A DNA stretch of 64,000 bases. Origin: Thermodesulfobacteriota bacterium (lineage in GTDB: Bacteria > Desulfobacterota_D > UBA1144 > Nemesobacterales > CSP1-2). Each line of letters starts with the position of its first letter. Within the stretch, counting starts at the first letter, position 1. The notes below the pieces were generated by a model. The model was not told where the DNA came from, searched no databases, and saw nothing but the letters and a program-made list of their open reading frames with translations. The translations under genes were made by a program, and so were the position numbers. Below are positions 1 to 10,028 of this stretch, one piece after another. The DNA is taken from positions 10,747 to 74,746 of the forward strand of contig DASWID010000128.1 of the NCBI GenBank assembly GCA_036397855.1. Reading direction: 5' to 3'.

Positions 1-218
1 GAGAAGGTTGCGTTGAGCGTAAAGTTGTGGCCTGGCTTCTCGCTATATGTTTGGTCACCGTCGAAATCATGAATTGCTGTCCGAACTTTTTCACCCGCTT
101 TTTTATCAGGACAAACTGCGTGGACTGTATGTCCCACCATCAATAGCGCCTGAAAAGGAACCATTACCTCGTAATCCTCTACATAATCACCAACGATCAT
201 TAATATTTTTTTAATCAT
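1..218 (-). CDS. DJ-1/PfpI family intracellular protease/amidase (N-terminal part; C-terminus lies beyond the window edge)
   Basis: Reverse-complement translation from the ATG at 218-216 gives [45 protein letters not shown]..., which is typical of the YhbO/PfpI family N-terminus. The frame is open to the window edge. A GGGGG Shine-Dalgarno lies about 12 nt upstream. Not in the ORF track because the gene is truncated. Confidence 0.7.
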   Translation of the reverse strand, partial: MIKKILMIVGDYVEDYEVMVPFQALLMVGHTVHAVCPDKKAGEKVRTAIHDFDGDQTYSEKPGHNFTLNATF

Positions 219-540
219 GCCGTTATTACCCCCTTATTTATTTGGTTATGGTAAGATCAGAGTTTCATTTAAAAATTAATTAGAGCAAACTTCCTTGTTA
301 TACAATTATACCAAATTATAAACCCATCTATCAAAAAGTTATACAACCCTTTAAGCAATACGGCGTCCTTCATCGACTCGAGAAACCAGATCATCAATTT
401 TCTCCTATATTTGTAGGAAATCCTCGTTGACAAGATAAGTTGCTGAATGTATAGATACTATAGGTGGAATGCTTTTCCAACGCTCAGTGACAACTAATGT
501 GCGTAAATAATTAGAATTTGTATTACCTTTCCTAAATAGA

Positions 541-1956
541 GTGGAGGAATTCAAGGTGATAGGGATCACAGAGAGACGTGCTCTTGGAAGTAAGCTTGCA
601 GCATGGTCAAAAGAAGCATGTCCAAGTCTTAAGTTGGACGATGATTCGCGCGTTGCGGTGATTGGTAGTGGGCCTGCGGGGTCATTTTTTAGCTATTTCC
701 TTCTGAACATTTCAAGAATGGTTGATATGGATATCCATGTAGATATCTACGATTCCCGAGACTTTTCCATTCCGGGTCCCACGGGATGCAACATGTGCGG
801 AGGGATAATATCCGAGACTCTAATACAAAATCTGGCCGTTGAAGGGATTATTCTGCCCCCGACGGTAATACAAAGAGGCATTGACTCCTATATCCTGCAC
901 ACGGATGTTGGCAAAGTTCGTATCGATACCCCGCTTCAGGAGAAGAGGATCGGAGCGGTGTACCGTGGCTCTGGTCCACGGGACGTAAAGGAGATAAAGT
1001 GGGGTAGCTTCGATGGCTATTTGCAAAAACTGGCCGTAGAAAAGGGGGCGCATCTGATACGCGGCCGGGTAGTTGATGTCAGTTTGGAGGATGGGAAGCC
1101 CCAAATCAGGACACGGGAGGGGGCGACACATGTATATGACCTGCTGGCAGTTGCGGTAGGGGTGAATTCAGGCACCCTCAAGCTCTTCCAAGGGTTAGGC
1201 CTAAACTACCAACTCCCGCGGACTACTAAAACCTTTATCCGTGAATATTACCTGGGCGAAGAAACGGTGGCGAGGTATGTTGGTAGCTCCATGCATGTCT
1301 TTTTGCTCAACATACCTCGATTAGAATTTGCTGCCCTCGTACCAAAGGGTGACTACGTGTCTCTGTGCCTTTTGGGGGAGGATATAGATTCGTCTCTGAT
1401 ACAATCGGTTCTGGATACCCCTGAGGTGAAGGAGTGTCTGCCTTCGAACATGCACTGGGAGCAAGGTTCTTGTCAGTGTGCGCCATACATAAATATCCAC
1501 GGCGCCGAGAATCCTTATGCCAATCGAATCGTGTTTATTGGGGATAGCGGAGTAACCAGATTATATAAGGATGGAATCGGGGCTGCCTACCGCACCGCTA
1601 AGGCTGCCGCCACGACCGCTGTCTTTCATGGGATATCTGTTAACGATTTCAAGCGGTACTTCAGGCCGACCTGCCAGGCTATCAGTATCGATAACATGAT
1701 CGGGAAGATGGTCTTTGCATTTACCCGCCAGATTCAGAAGAGACAGTTTGCTCGCCGCGCCGTTTTGCGTATGGTCTCCAGCGAACAACAGAAGGAAGGT
1801 CGGAGCCGGCGCATGAGCACCGTGTTGTGGGATATGTTCACAGGAAGCGCACCCTATCGTGAAATCTTAATTCGCACCTTTCACCCCTTCTTTCTGAGTC
1901 GTTTTCTCTGGGACATGGCCATTTCGGTGATACCCTTTAACGAGAGAAGACAATGA
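541..1956 (+). CDS. FAD-dependent oxidoreductase, geranylgeranyl-reductase-like family
   Basis: Dinucleotide-binding motif VAVIGSGPAGSF and a GGR-like P..CGG..I motif (GCNMCGGIIS) in a 471-aa ORF. The likely true start is the GTG at 556, which is preceded by GGAGGA at 543-548. Confidence 0.7.
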   Translation: MEEFKVIGITERRALGSKLAAWSKEACPSLKLDDDSRVAVIGSGPAGSFFSYFLLNISRMVDMDIHVDIYDSRDFSIPGPTGCNMCGGIISETLIQNLAVEGIILPPTVIQRGIDSYILHTDVGKVRIDTPLQEKRIGAVYRGSGPRDVKEIKWGSFDGYLQKLAVEKGAHLIRGRVVDVSLEDGKPQIRTREGATHVYDLLAVAVGVNSGTLKLFQGLGLNYQLPRTTKTFIREYYLGEETVARYVGSSMHVFLLNIPRLEFAALVPKGDYVSLCLLGEDIDSSLIQSVLDTPEVKECLPSNMHWEQGSCQCAPYINIHGAENPYANRIVFIGDSGVTRLYKDGIGAAYRTAKAAATTAVFHGISVNDFKRYFRPTCQAISIDNMIGKMVFAFTRQIQKRQFARRAVLRMVSSEQQKEGRSRRMSTVLWDMFTGSAPYREILIRTFHPFFLSRFLWDMAISVIPFNERRQ

Positions 1957-1968
1957 GTAGAGGATGTT

Positions 1969-2340
1969 ATGGACACAGGTGTTTTGGGCAAGTTGTATCA
2001 TCATGGTGAAAGCATAGTCCGCCAAGGAGAGACAGGAGATTGTATGTATATAGTCCAGGCGGGACAGGTCGAGGTACTTCAAGAGAAGGAAAGCAAGGAG
2101 GTGCGATTGGCGGTTTTAAATGAGGGGGATTTTTTTGGTGAGATGGCTATCTTTGAGCGTGAGGTACGCTCTGCCACTGTTCGTGCCATAGGCGAGGTAC
2201 GGGTGCTCACAGTGGAGAAGAAAAACTTTCTCCGCAGGATCCAAGAGGACCCATCGCTGGCTTACCATATTGTGCAAACCATGTCCCACCGAATCCGGGA
2301 ATTGAGCGCTGAACTGGTTCGGATAAAAACGAGAGGATAG
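1969..2340 (+). CDS. cyclic-nucleotide-binding domain protein (stand-alone cNMP domain, no HTH)
   Basis: CAP-family cNMP-binding signature (GDFFGEMAIF...RSATVRA) in a 123-aa protein with no DNA-binding domain. Confidence 0.65.
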   Translation: MDTGVLGKLYHHGESIVRQGETGDCMYIVQAGQVEVLQEKESKEVRLAVLNEGDFFGEMAIFEREVRSATVRAIGEVRVLTVEKKNFLRRIQEDPSLAYHIVQTMSHRIRELSAELVRIKTRG

Positions 2341-3113
2341 GGGGTCAAGACTAGAAGTGTCAATTGCTCAAAAAAATTTAACTATGGAGAGTTTTGATAA
2401 TGGTTAAGGGCTATAGGGAAGGCGTCCTTTATTTAACTCTGTTTTCATGGTCGGACGTCCCTGTGGTCTGTGATGTAATATCTGAGTTTCCATCCCTCCT
2501 AATATCTTAACGAATTCATCCGAATCACAGGGAAAGCTTTTCTTTGTGTTACTTCTTAATTATTTGACTTTCCGGGGGTCATCACTTTCGGCGGTGCATA
2601 TATATATAGAACATATGAAGCCTGGCACCAAAAGGGTGTGCATCCCCCTTTGAATTTATATAGCAAGATCCTTTTGTTTGCCAGCATATCGCATGATCAT
2701 TTCCAAACAAGGTGTTTCAATAACAAATTATGTGATGGAGTCCCATGATTTTGACTTCTATGAGTTGTTTTTATCATCGATTGCCAACTCATCTAAATTA
2801 AAAAGCTTGCCCAAAGTTTTTAGAACTAATTAAATTTTCAGTATATTTAAAACGATTTCTTGATAATCATTAATATAGCAACTCATAATTACTATAAAGT
2901 AATTAATTATGTGAGTATTGGATGGGGTAGTTTTACTAGAGTCTAAAAAGTTTTCTCTACGATTTTAGACATTGCATTTCTAAAGTCAAAGGGGTCGTGT
3001 CTTCATAAGGGGATAAGAGGGCGGCGATGACAAGATTGGAAAATCTGGTTAGACTTAGAATGGAAATTGATAATTAGATTTCTAAGTACCGACTTAAATT
3101 CAGACTGCTTTCA

Positions 3114-3593
3114 ATGCAAAAATTTCCCAAGCCTATAGTTGTTCTGAGCAAATGCCTTGAGTTCGAAGCATGCAGGTACAACGGGCAGGTGATTCCGGAT
3201 GGTTTTGTGAAGAAAATTGAGCCATACGTTGATTTTAAACCTGTTTGTCCAGAGGTTGAAATAGGTCTCGGGGTCCCTCGAGATCCGATAAGAGTTATAT
3301 CCCAGGGTAAAGAAAAGAGACTACTTCAGCCTGCGACTGGCAGGGATATCTCATCAAAAATGTTGAGTTTTGCCGATAACTATCTGAAATCACTGAAGGA
3401 AGTTGATGGGTTTATATTAAAGAGCAGAACACCATCTTGCGGGATAAAGGATGTCAAGTTATTTCCCAATTCCGAAGATGGCACAGCCATCGGGAAGACT
3501 AAGGGATTTTTTGCCGGTAGAGTCCTAGAGCGTTTCTCAGGGTTGGCTATAGAGGATGAAGGCAGAAGAGGCAGCGAAGATAGCTTTAGGTGA
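3114..3593 (+). CDS. DUF523 family protein (2-thiouracil desulfurase TudS-like)
   Basis: Strong match to the DUF523 pattern: conserved CPEVE, SPSCG and EDEGRRG segments and the N-terminal KCLEFEACRYNG. Confidence 0.7.
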   Translation: MQKFPKPIVVLSKCLEFEACRYNGQVIPDGFVKKIEPYVDFKPVCPEVEIGLGVPRDPIRVISQGKEKRLLQPATGRDISSKMLSFADNYLKSLKEVDGFILKSRTPSCGIKDVKLFPNSEDGTAIGKTKGFFAGRVLERFSGLAIEDEGRRGSEDSFR

Positions 3594-5155
3594 CGTACGA
3601 TTTAATAGCGATAGTTCAAGGAGAAATATTCCTTATGCGTGAAAGAGTCCTGGTACTCGGAGCGTCAGGTTATGTAGGGGCAAGACTTGTGCCTTTTTTA
3701 ATTGAAGATGGTTATTTAGTCCGTTCAGCAGGTAGAACAAAGGGCAATATGCAAAAAAGGCCTTGGTCTAATCACGAATCAGTTGATATTTGTGAAGCCG
3801 ATGCGCTTGATAGAGAAACGTTAAAAAAATCCTGTGAGGGTTGTAGGTACGCATATTATCTTGTTCACTCCATGGATCCCGATCAGAAAAATTTTACCGA
3901 TACGGACAGACAGGCTGCATTGAATATGGTTTGGGCCGCTGAGCAGAGTGGTGTCGAAAGAATTATTTATCTAGGGGGATTGGGAGGGCAAAGTCCACAC
4001 TTGAGTAAACATTTAAAATCACGCGAAGAGGTCGGAAACATTCTTGAATCGGGTAGCGTGCCGGTAACCATCCTGAGGGCAGCCATGATCATAGGTTCTG
4101 GCAGCGCCTCTTTTGAGATTTTACGTTATTTAGTGGAACGTTTATCGATAATGGTAACTCCAAAATGGGTCCATACTCAATGTCAACCTATCGCAATAAG
4201 GAATGTTATCACATACCTCGTTGGCTGTCTAAAAAAACCTGAAACGACTGGAGAGACATATGATGTAGGAGGAGCGGAGATATTAACCTACCGTGATCTG
4301 ATGGATATATACGCCGATGAAGCCCAATTAGGAAAAAGGTTTGTTATTTCGGTACCAGTGCTTACTCCAAAACTCAGCTCCTATTGGATTCATCTCGTCA
4401 CCCCGGTTCCTGCTTCTTTGGGACGTCCGCTTGCAGAGGGGCTGAGTAATAAGGTTATTTGTGAGGAAAACCGGATTAGGGAAATTATCCCCCAAGACCT
4501 TCTGGATTGTCGTGAGGCAGTAAGTTTGGCGCTAGACCAGTCTCAACATAATTTGATAGGGGAAAATCATAATGATATGAGTACAATGTTGAAACATGTA
4601 GAATGGAGTTTCAATGGTGATCCTAAATGGGCTGGTGGAAAGATTTTTGAAGACCACAGAGCTGTTGTACTAGAATCGACCCCTGATAGGATTTGGGAGC
4701 CATTACTCAGGATCGGGGGTAAAAATGGATGGTATTACGCCAACTGGCTCTGGAAGTTAAGGGGATTGTTAGATCTGATCGTGGGTGGAGTAGGGCTGAG
4801 ACCTGGAAGGACCGATCCAAATAAACTAACGCCCGGAGATTATATTGATTTTTGGAATATTTATTTAGTTGAACCTAATAAGCGACTTCTGCTAAAGGCT
4901 GAGATGAAACTGCCGGGTTCGGCAATTTTGGATTTCTATATTAGTCAGATTGACAATAATCATTCAGAACTGCACCAGATAGCTCGTTTTATACCAAGTG
5001 GTCTAGTGGGAATTATCTACTGGTATTCTGTAAAACCACTTCATAATATAATTTTCAGTGGGATGTTAAAAAGAATTGCTGACCAGGTAGGGGAGAGAGT
5101 CATTTCTGAACCCAGGCGTGTTACTAACGATTTGCCTTTAAATAACATTAAATAG
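3590..5155 (+). CDS. NAD(P)H-binding (atypical SDR/NmrA-like) protein with C-terminal DUF2867 domain
   Basis: Glycine-rich NAD(P)-binding motif VLVLGASGYVGARL. The C-terminal part (W..KLRGLLDLIVGGVGLRPGR...GDYIDFW...RLLLKAEMKLPG) is typical of DUF2867. The start overlaps the previous stop, which suggests an operon. Confidence 0.7.
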   Translation: MTYDLIAIVQGEIFLMRERVLVLGASGYVGARLVPFLIEDGYLVRSAGRTKGNMQKRPWSNHESVDICEADALDRETLKKSCEGCRYAYYLVHSMDPDQKNFTDTDRQAALNMVWAAEQSGVERIIYLGGLGGQSPHLSKHLKSREEVGNILESGSVPVTILRAAMIIGSGSASFEILRYLVERLSIMVTPKWVHTQCQPIAIRNVITYLVGCLKKPETTGETYDVGGAEILTYRDLMDIYADEAQLGKRFVISVPVLTPKLSSYWIHLVTPVPASLGRPLAEGLSNKVICEENRIREIIPQDLLDCREAVSLALDQSQHNLIGENHNDMSTMLKHVEWSFNGDPKWAGGKIFEDHRAVVLESTPDRIWEPLLRIGGKNGWYYANWLWKLRGLLDLIVGGVGLRPGRTDPNKLTPGDYIDFWNIYLVEPNKRLLLKAEMKLPGSAILDFYISQIDNNHSELHQIARFIPSGLVGIIYWYSVKPLHNIIFSGMLKRIADQVGERVISEPRRVTNDLPLNNIK

Positions 5156-5175
5156 ATTATTTATTCTCTTAAATC

Positions 5176-5640
5176 ATGACCCTTTTCAGTTTTAACATAA
5201 TTCAGAAACTGCCAATTTCTACAACAAAAGCTTGGGATTTTTTTTCTAATCCCAAGAATTTAGAACTGATAACTCCTCCATGGTTGGCTCTAAAAATTAC
5301 CTCTGAAATACGTGAAGAGATGTATTCAGGCATGATTATGACGTATGATGTAAGTCCGATTCTTGGTATTCCAGTAAAATGGATCACCGAGATCACTCAT
5401 TTAGATAAGCCAAATTTATTCGTAGATGAACAGCGCTTCGGTCCCTATCGTTTCTGGCATCACGAGCACCACTTCCGACCTATTCCCAATGGAATTGAAA
5501 TGCAGGATTCTGTTCATTACGTTATGCCATTTGGATTTTTTGGGAGCCTAGTTGGCAATTTAGTTGTAAATAAAAAGGTAATAGATATATTTAATTACAG
5601 ATATAAAGTATTAGAGGGATTGTTCGGAAGGATTTCCTGA
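5176..5640 (+). CDS. SRPBCC (START/polyketide-cyclase-like) ligand-binding domain protein
   Basis: 154-aa protein, paralogous to the N-terminal domain of the 6304-7680 product (shared ...TPPW... segment and similar length). Confidence 0.6.
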   Translation: MTLFSFNIIQKLPISTTKAWDFFSNPKNLELITPPWLALKITSEIREEMYSGMIMTYDVSPILGIPVKWITEITHLDKPNLFVDEQRFGPYRFWHHEHHFRPIPNGIEMQDSVHYVMPFGFFGSLVGNLVVNKKVIDIFNYRYKVLEGLFGRIS

Positions 5641-5767
5641 TATTTTTGACTGTGCATAGCGTCAAGATTAGATTCTTGAATGACACATGTCAGAGTTGTC
5701 AAGATTGGTGCCTATGAATCATATGTTAGATATTAAATCTGAAAAGTAAATTGGAGGTTTTCCTCAA

Positions 5768-6229
5768 ATGCCTGATAAATTGAAAGTAGGACAAAAGGCA
5801 CCGAACGTTGAGGCCGAGACTTACGGAGGAGAAAAGATAAACCTAAGCGATTATAGAGACAAAAAAATAGTCGCACTTTATTTTTATCCCAAGGACGATA
5901 CGCCGACTTGTACCAAAGAAGCATGTTCAATCAGGGATGGTATGGAGGATCTTGAGAAGTATGGAATTCAGGTATTGGGGGTGAGCACGGATGGAGTTAA
6001 ATCTCATGAGAATTTTAAAAACAAATATGAACTCAATTTCCCGCTCCTGAGTGACAAGGGTAAAAATATAGTTAAGGCATATGGTGTTGAGAGTATGTTC
6101 GGTTCTGCAAAGCGAGAGACATTCTTGATCGATAAATCAGGGAATATCAGGTACATATGGGAGAAGGTTAAAGCTGATTCTCATGCTGCGGAAATCATTG
6201 AAAAAGCGAAGGAACTGGGCTTAGTTTAG
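5768..6229 (+). CDS. bcp: thiol peroxidase / peroxiredoxin Bcp
   Basis: YFYPKDDTPTCTKEA peroxidatic-Cys motif, about 153 aa, AhpC/TSA fold. A GGAGGT RBS precedes the ATG. Confidence 0.85.
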   Translation: MPDKLKVGQKAPNVEAETYGGEKINLSDYRDKKIVALYFYPKDDTPTCTKEACSIRDGMEDLEKYGIQVLGVSTDGVKSHENFKNKYELNFPLLSDKGKNIVKAYGVESMFGSAKRETFLIDKSGNIRYIWEKVKADSHAAEIIEKAKELGLV

Positions 6230-6303
6230 CTAATTTATCAAAAAACTATTTTTTTCTGCTACATTAATCTTTTATTAATCGTTTATATTAATGGAATACA
6301 AAC

Positions 6304-7680
6304 ATGGAAAGCTTTACTTATCGGTCACGTATCAAAACATCTGCTAAAGATCTATTTAAATGGCATACACGCGCAGGGGCATTTGAAAGGCTGACCCCCC
6401 CATGGAAGGTTGTCGAGTTCTTAGAGAGAAGCAATGGAATAGAAGATGGTTCAAGGGTCATTATAAGAACCAAGATAGGACCAGTTCCAATGATTTGGTT
6501 AATCGAGCACAGGGATTATAAAGAAGAAAAGCAATTTTGTGACATACAGATTAAAGGGCCTTTTAGACATTGGGAACATACACACTCATTTGTTCCTGAT
6601 GGCCCAAATGCATGTTTCATGGAGGATAATGTTAAATTTTTATTACCCATTGGGGCGTTGGGTGAACTCTTTGGGAATGAGTTGGTAATCAGAAAGCTTG
6701 AAACCTTTTTTGAATACCGTCATGGTACTCTTATGAAAGATATAAAAATGCATAAGAAGTACGGAGTAAAATCTATGCAAATATTGATAACTGGTTCAAC
6801 GGGACTGATAGGTGCTTCGCTGATTCCGTTTCTCACAACTGGTGGACACAATATATCCTGTCTTAAACGTGATAAATTAAAAATTGGGGAGAATGATTCA
6901 TACTGGAACCCCGAAAAAGGTGAGATCGAGGTACCGAAACTTGAGGGATTCGAAGCGGTAGTACATTTGAGTGGAGAAAATGTCGCCGGCCGATGGTCAG
7001 ATGAAAAAAAGGCCGAAATAGAAGACAGCAGGGTTAAGAGCACAGGGCTTTTATGTAATGCGCTTTCCAAGCTTGAGAAGAAACCAAGTGTGTTGGTGTG
7101 TGCTTCTGCCATCGGGTTTTATGGTAATCGCGGTGAGGAGATTTTAACAGAAGAAAGTAAGCCAGGAAAGGGATTTCTGGCTGACGTCACCAAGAAATGG
7201 GAGGCAGCTACAGGAATAGCGAGGAAAGCCGGTATTCGTGTGGTTAATTTACGGTTGGGAGTTGTCTTAAGCCCACGTGGCGGCGCCTTGGGGAAAATGC
7301 TTTTCCCGTTTCGTATGGGTCTAGGGGGAAAGCTTGGCAGCGGGGGCCAGTACATGAGTTGGATCTCAATTGATGATGTGATTGGAGCGATTTATCATGC
7401 CATCAAAAACGATTCTCTTGAAGGGCCTGTAAATGCAGTTTCACCGAAACCGGTTACAAACCTGCAATTCACAAACACGTTGGGGAATGTGATTAATAGA
7501 CCTACTTTTTTTACGATGCCTTCTCTACTATTAAGAACATTATTCGGTGAAATGGCTGACGAAACCCTGCTTTCAAGTACTCGAGTGATACCATCTAAGT
7601 TGTTGTCGACTGACTATGAGTTTCAATTTACTGATTTAGAAGCATCTCTTAGGAATCTGTTAGGAAAACCGAAGGTCTGA
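6304..7680 (+). CDS. SRPBCC domain fused to TIGR01777/YfcH-type NAD-dependent epimerase family protein (SDR39U1-like)
   Basis: N-terminal roughly 150 aa is SRPBCC-like. The C-terminal part has ILITGSTGLIGASL and the YfcH-family DUF1731-like tail. Confidence 0.7.
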   Translation: MESFTYRSRIKTSAKDLFKWHTRAGAFERLTPPWKVVEFLERSNGIEDGSRVIIRTKIGPVPMIWLIEHRDYKEEKQFCDIQIKGPFRHWEHTHSFVPDGPNACFMEDNVKFLLPIGALGELFGNELVIRKLETFFEYRHGTLMKDIKMHKKYGVKSMQILITGSTGLIGASLIPFLTTGGHNISCLKRDKLKIGENDSYWNPEKGEIEVPKLEGFEAVVHLSGENVAGRWSDEKKAEIEDSRVKSTGLLCNALSKLEKKPSVLVCASAIGFYGNRGEEILTEESKPGKGFLADVTKKWEAATGIARKAGIRVVNLRLGVVLSPRGGALGKMLFPFRMGLGGKLGSGGQYMSWISIDDVIGAIYHAIKNDSLEGPVNAVSPKPVTNLQFTNTLGNVINRPTFFTMPSLLLRTLFGEMADETLLSSTRVIPSKLLSTDYEFQFTDLEASLRNLLGKPKV

Positions 7681-7809
7681 TACAATAGTTGTTTGTGGCG
7701 GATGATTAGTGTAATCCTAAAATGATTATTCGGTCTGTCAAAACATCTTCTCCTCTGTGTTGTATGTTTAATATTTCAAAAACTTCTTATTATTCTTGAA
7801 ATTTATGGC

Positions 7810-8472
7810 TTGAAAATAGGGAGAAGTTTACCAGTGGATAAAGCGAACAAGAAAGGAGCGCATAAACTCGGTGCACTTAGGGAAATAGATATGGATCCGG
7901 ATCCCGTCATTCAGTTTAGGAAATGGTATGAAGACGCATTCAGGTCTAAGTCTATCCAGCCGGATGCTATGACCGTGGCTTCGGCGACAAAAGACGGTAA
8001 GCCTTCCGCGAGAATGATGCTTCTTAAAGATGTTGACAGCGAAGGGTTTGTGTTTTATACGAACCGAGAAAGTAGAAAGGGCGAAAATTTTTCACAAAAC
8101 CCTAAAGCCGCTATTGTATTCTGGTGGCCCTTGTTCGAAAGACAGGTCCGTGTAGAAGGAATTATTGAGAAGATTTCAGATAATGAGGCTGATTCATATT
8201 TTAAGACTAGACCTAGAGGAAGTCGACTTGCGGCATGGGCATCAAATCAAAGTAGGGTCGTTAGCAGCCGAGAGGCTCTCGATCATCGATTTAGTGAATT
8301 AGAGGCCTTATATAAAGGTCGTGATATTTCAAGACCCCCGTATTGGGTTGGTTATCGACTCAGGCATTCTACAATTGAATTCTGGCAGGGTAGGCCAAAT
8401 AGACTCCATGACCGATTGAAGTACAGGCAAGTCGATGGGGAGGGCTGGATTATAGAGCGTCTTTCGCCATAA
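7810..8472 (+). CDS. pdxH: pyridoxamine 5'-phosphate oxidase
   Basis: Conserved PdxH blocks (FRKWYEDA, ATKDGKPSARMMLLKD, FVFYTN, ERQVRVEG, IEFWQGRPNRLHDRL). The track start is a TTG; the N-terminal conservation argues the start lies upstream of the ATG at 7891. Confidence 0.85.
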   Translation: MKIGRSLPVDKANKKGAHKLGALREIDMDPDPVIQFRKWYEDAFRSKSIQPDAMTVASATKDGKPSARMMLLKDVDSEGFVFYTNRESRKGENFSQNPKAAIVFWWPLFERQVRVEGIIEKISDNEADSYFKTRPRGSRLAAWASNQSRVVSSREALDHRFSELEALYKGRDISRPPYWVGYRLRHSTIEFWQGRPNRLHDRLKYRQVDGEGWIIERLSP

Positions 8473-8573
8473 CTAGATTACTCCCGCCGGTTGCTCACAG
8501 GGCCAGAAATTACTTCTCTCATAATCTTGAGATACTGTGATTCACGATCAGATTGTAAAAGGGGAAATATAAA

Positions 8574-9878
8574 GTGTTCTATCAGACAGAAACGAACCAG
8601 CACCATGTAGTAATAATAGGAGGTGGATTTGGTGGATTATACGCTGCAAAGGCTCTTGGAAAAACCGACGTGAGGATAACTCTCGTTGATAAGCGAAATT
8701 TCCATCTGTTTCAACCGTTACTGTACCAAATTGCGATTGGAGGACTATCACCCGGTGATATAGCTTCACCACTCAGAGCGGTATTGCGAAAATATAAGAA
8801 TATCGAGGTCATAAAGGCAGAGGTAATTGATTTAGACCCGGAACACAGAAGAATCACGTTCCGAGACGGCGAGCTAAATTACGATTCACTGATAGTTGCG
8901 ACTGGTTCTACTTACAATTATTTTGGTCATGATGAGTGGGCAGAGATAGCCCCGGGTATAAAGACAATCGAAAACACACTTGATATTCGTCATCGTATAT
9001 TTCTTGCGTTTGAGGCAGCAGAGCGAGAGGCTGATATAGCTCAACAGAAATCGTGGATGCGGTTCGTGATAATAGGAGCGGGGCCGACCGGTGTGGAACT
9101 CGCAGGTGCAATTGGAGAACTGGCTCAAAGTACATTAAGAAATGATTTTAGACATATTGATACATGCGAGACTGAGATAATCTTGTTGGAAGGAACGGAT
9201 AGGATATTGCCTACATACCCGGAGGAGCTTTCGATAAAGGCCCAGGAATCACTCGAACGATTAGGAATTACGGTGAATAAGAATGCGATGGTAACTGGTA
9301 TCAAAAAAAGCTTCGTCACATTCTCTAAAGATGGAAAAGAAGAAACGATTCAGGCTAAGACGATACTATGGGCTGCGGGAGTAAAAGCATCATCTCTGGG
9401 TGAGGTACTTGCCAGACGTACTGGCGGAAAACTGGATAGTGCAGGTCGTGTTATAGTCGAACCGGATCTCAGCATTCCTGGCTTTGACAACATTTTTGTT
9501 ATTGGAGACCTCGCGAATTTCAGCCATGAGGATGGGAGGCCACTTCCGGGAGTAGCGCCCGTCGCCATGCAGGAAGGGCTCTATGTAGCAAAGCTCTTGG
9601 AAAGCCGATTTAGAGGAAGGAACTTACCTCCATTCAAGTATAAAAACAAGGGAAGCCTTGCTGTCATAGGACGAAATGCCGCGGTAGCAGACTTTGGTAG
9701 ATTTCGGTTCAGCGGGTTTTTTGCATGGCTGATCTGGATTTTTATACACATTCAATATCTTATCGAATTTGATAATAAAGTTCTGGTACTTATTCAATGG
9801 GCTTGGAATTACTTTACTCGAAAACGCGGTGCCAGACTTATCACCGGTGAGGATACTAAAGTACTTTCTGAAAAGTAG
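8574..9878 (+). CDS. ndh: type II NADH:quinone oxidoreductase (NDH-2)
   Basis: HVVIIGGGFGGLYAAKAL and a second dinucleotide-binding motif (FVIIGAGPTGVELAG); 434 aa. Confidence 0.85.
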   Translation: MFYQTETNQHHVVIIGGGFGGLYAAKALGKTDVRITLVDKRNFHLFQPLLYQIAIGGLSPGDIASPLRAVLRKYKNIEVIKAEVIDLDPEHRRITFRDGELNYDSLIVATGSTYNYFGHDEWAEIAPGIKTIENTLDIRHRIFLAFEAAEREADIAQQKSWMRFVIIGAGPTGVELAGAIGELAQSTLRNDFRHIDTCETEIILLEGTDRILPTYPEELSIKAQESLERLGITVNKNAMVTGIKKSFVTFSKDGKEETIQAKTILWAAGVKASSLGEVLARRTGGKLDSAGRVIVEPDLSIPGFDNIFVIGDLANFSHEDGRPLPGVAPVAMQEGLYVAKLLESRFRGRNLPPFKYKNKGSLAVIGRNAAVADFGRFRFSGFFAWLIWIFIHIQYLIEFDNKVLVLIQWAWNYFTRKRGARLITGEDTKVLSEK

Positions 9879-10028
9879 GGAGAGGAGATAAAAGAACGGA
9901 AAGCTGACATTCTTATAACTTCCATAACATGATAATCTGAAGATCTTACAGAGGAATAATTGGTATCCTTATGTTTCAGCTATGCTACGCTTTTCCAAGT
10001 ACTTAGGAAGTCAGGTTTAACTAGTGAA

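Noticed and set aside
820-1131. Antisense and overlapping short ORFs from the track (e.g. 820-1131, 1561-1788, 6720-7112, 7119-7355, 8886-9135, 13239-14535, 15686-16638, 17258-17774, 19402-20676, 27179-28966, 44099-45148, 48789-50567, 54017-54634, 55434-56245)
   Set aside because: Each lies entirely inside, and antisense or out of frame to, a long ORF with recognisable conserved protein motifs. They have low-complexity or biased composition and no RBS.
2341-3113. Possible CRISPR array or tandem repeat in the long AT-rich gap
   Set aside because: No regularly spaced direct repeats of 25-40 bp were found. Only a short (AT)n tract and isolated hairpins are present.
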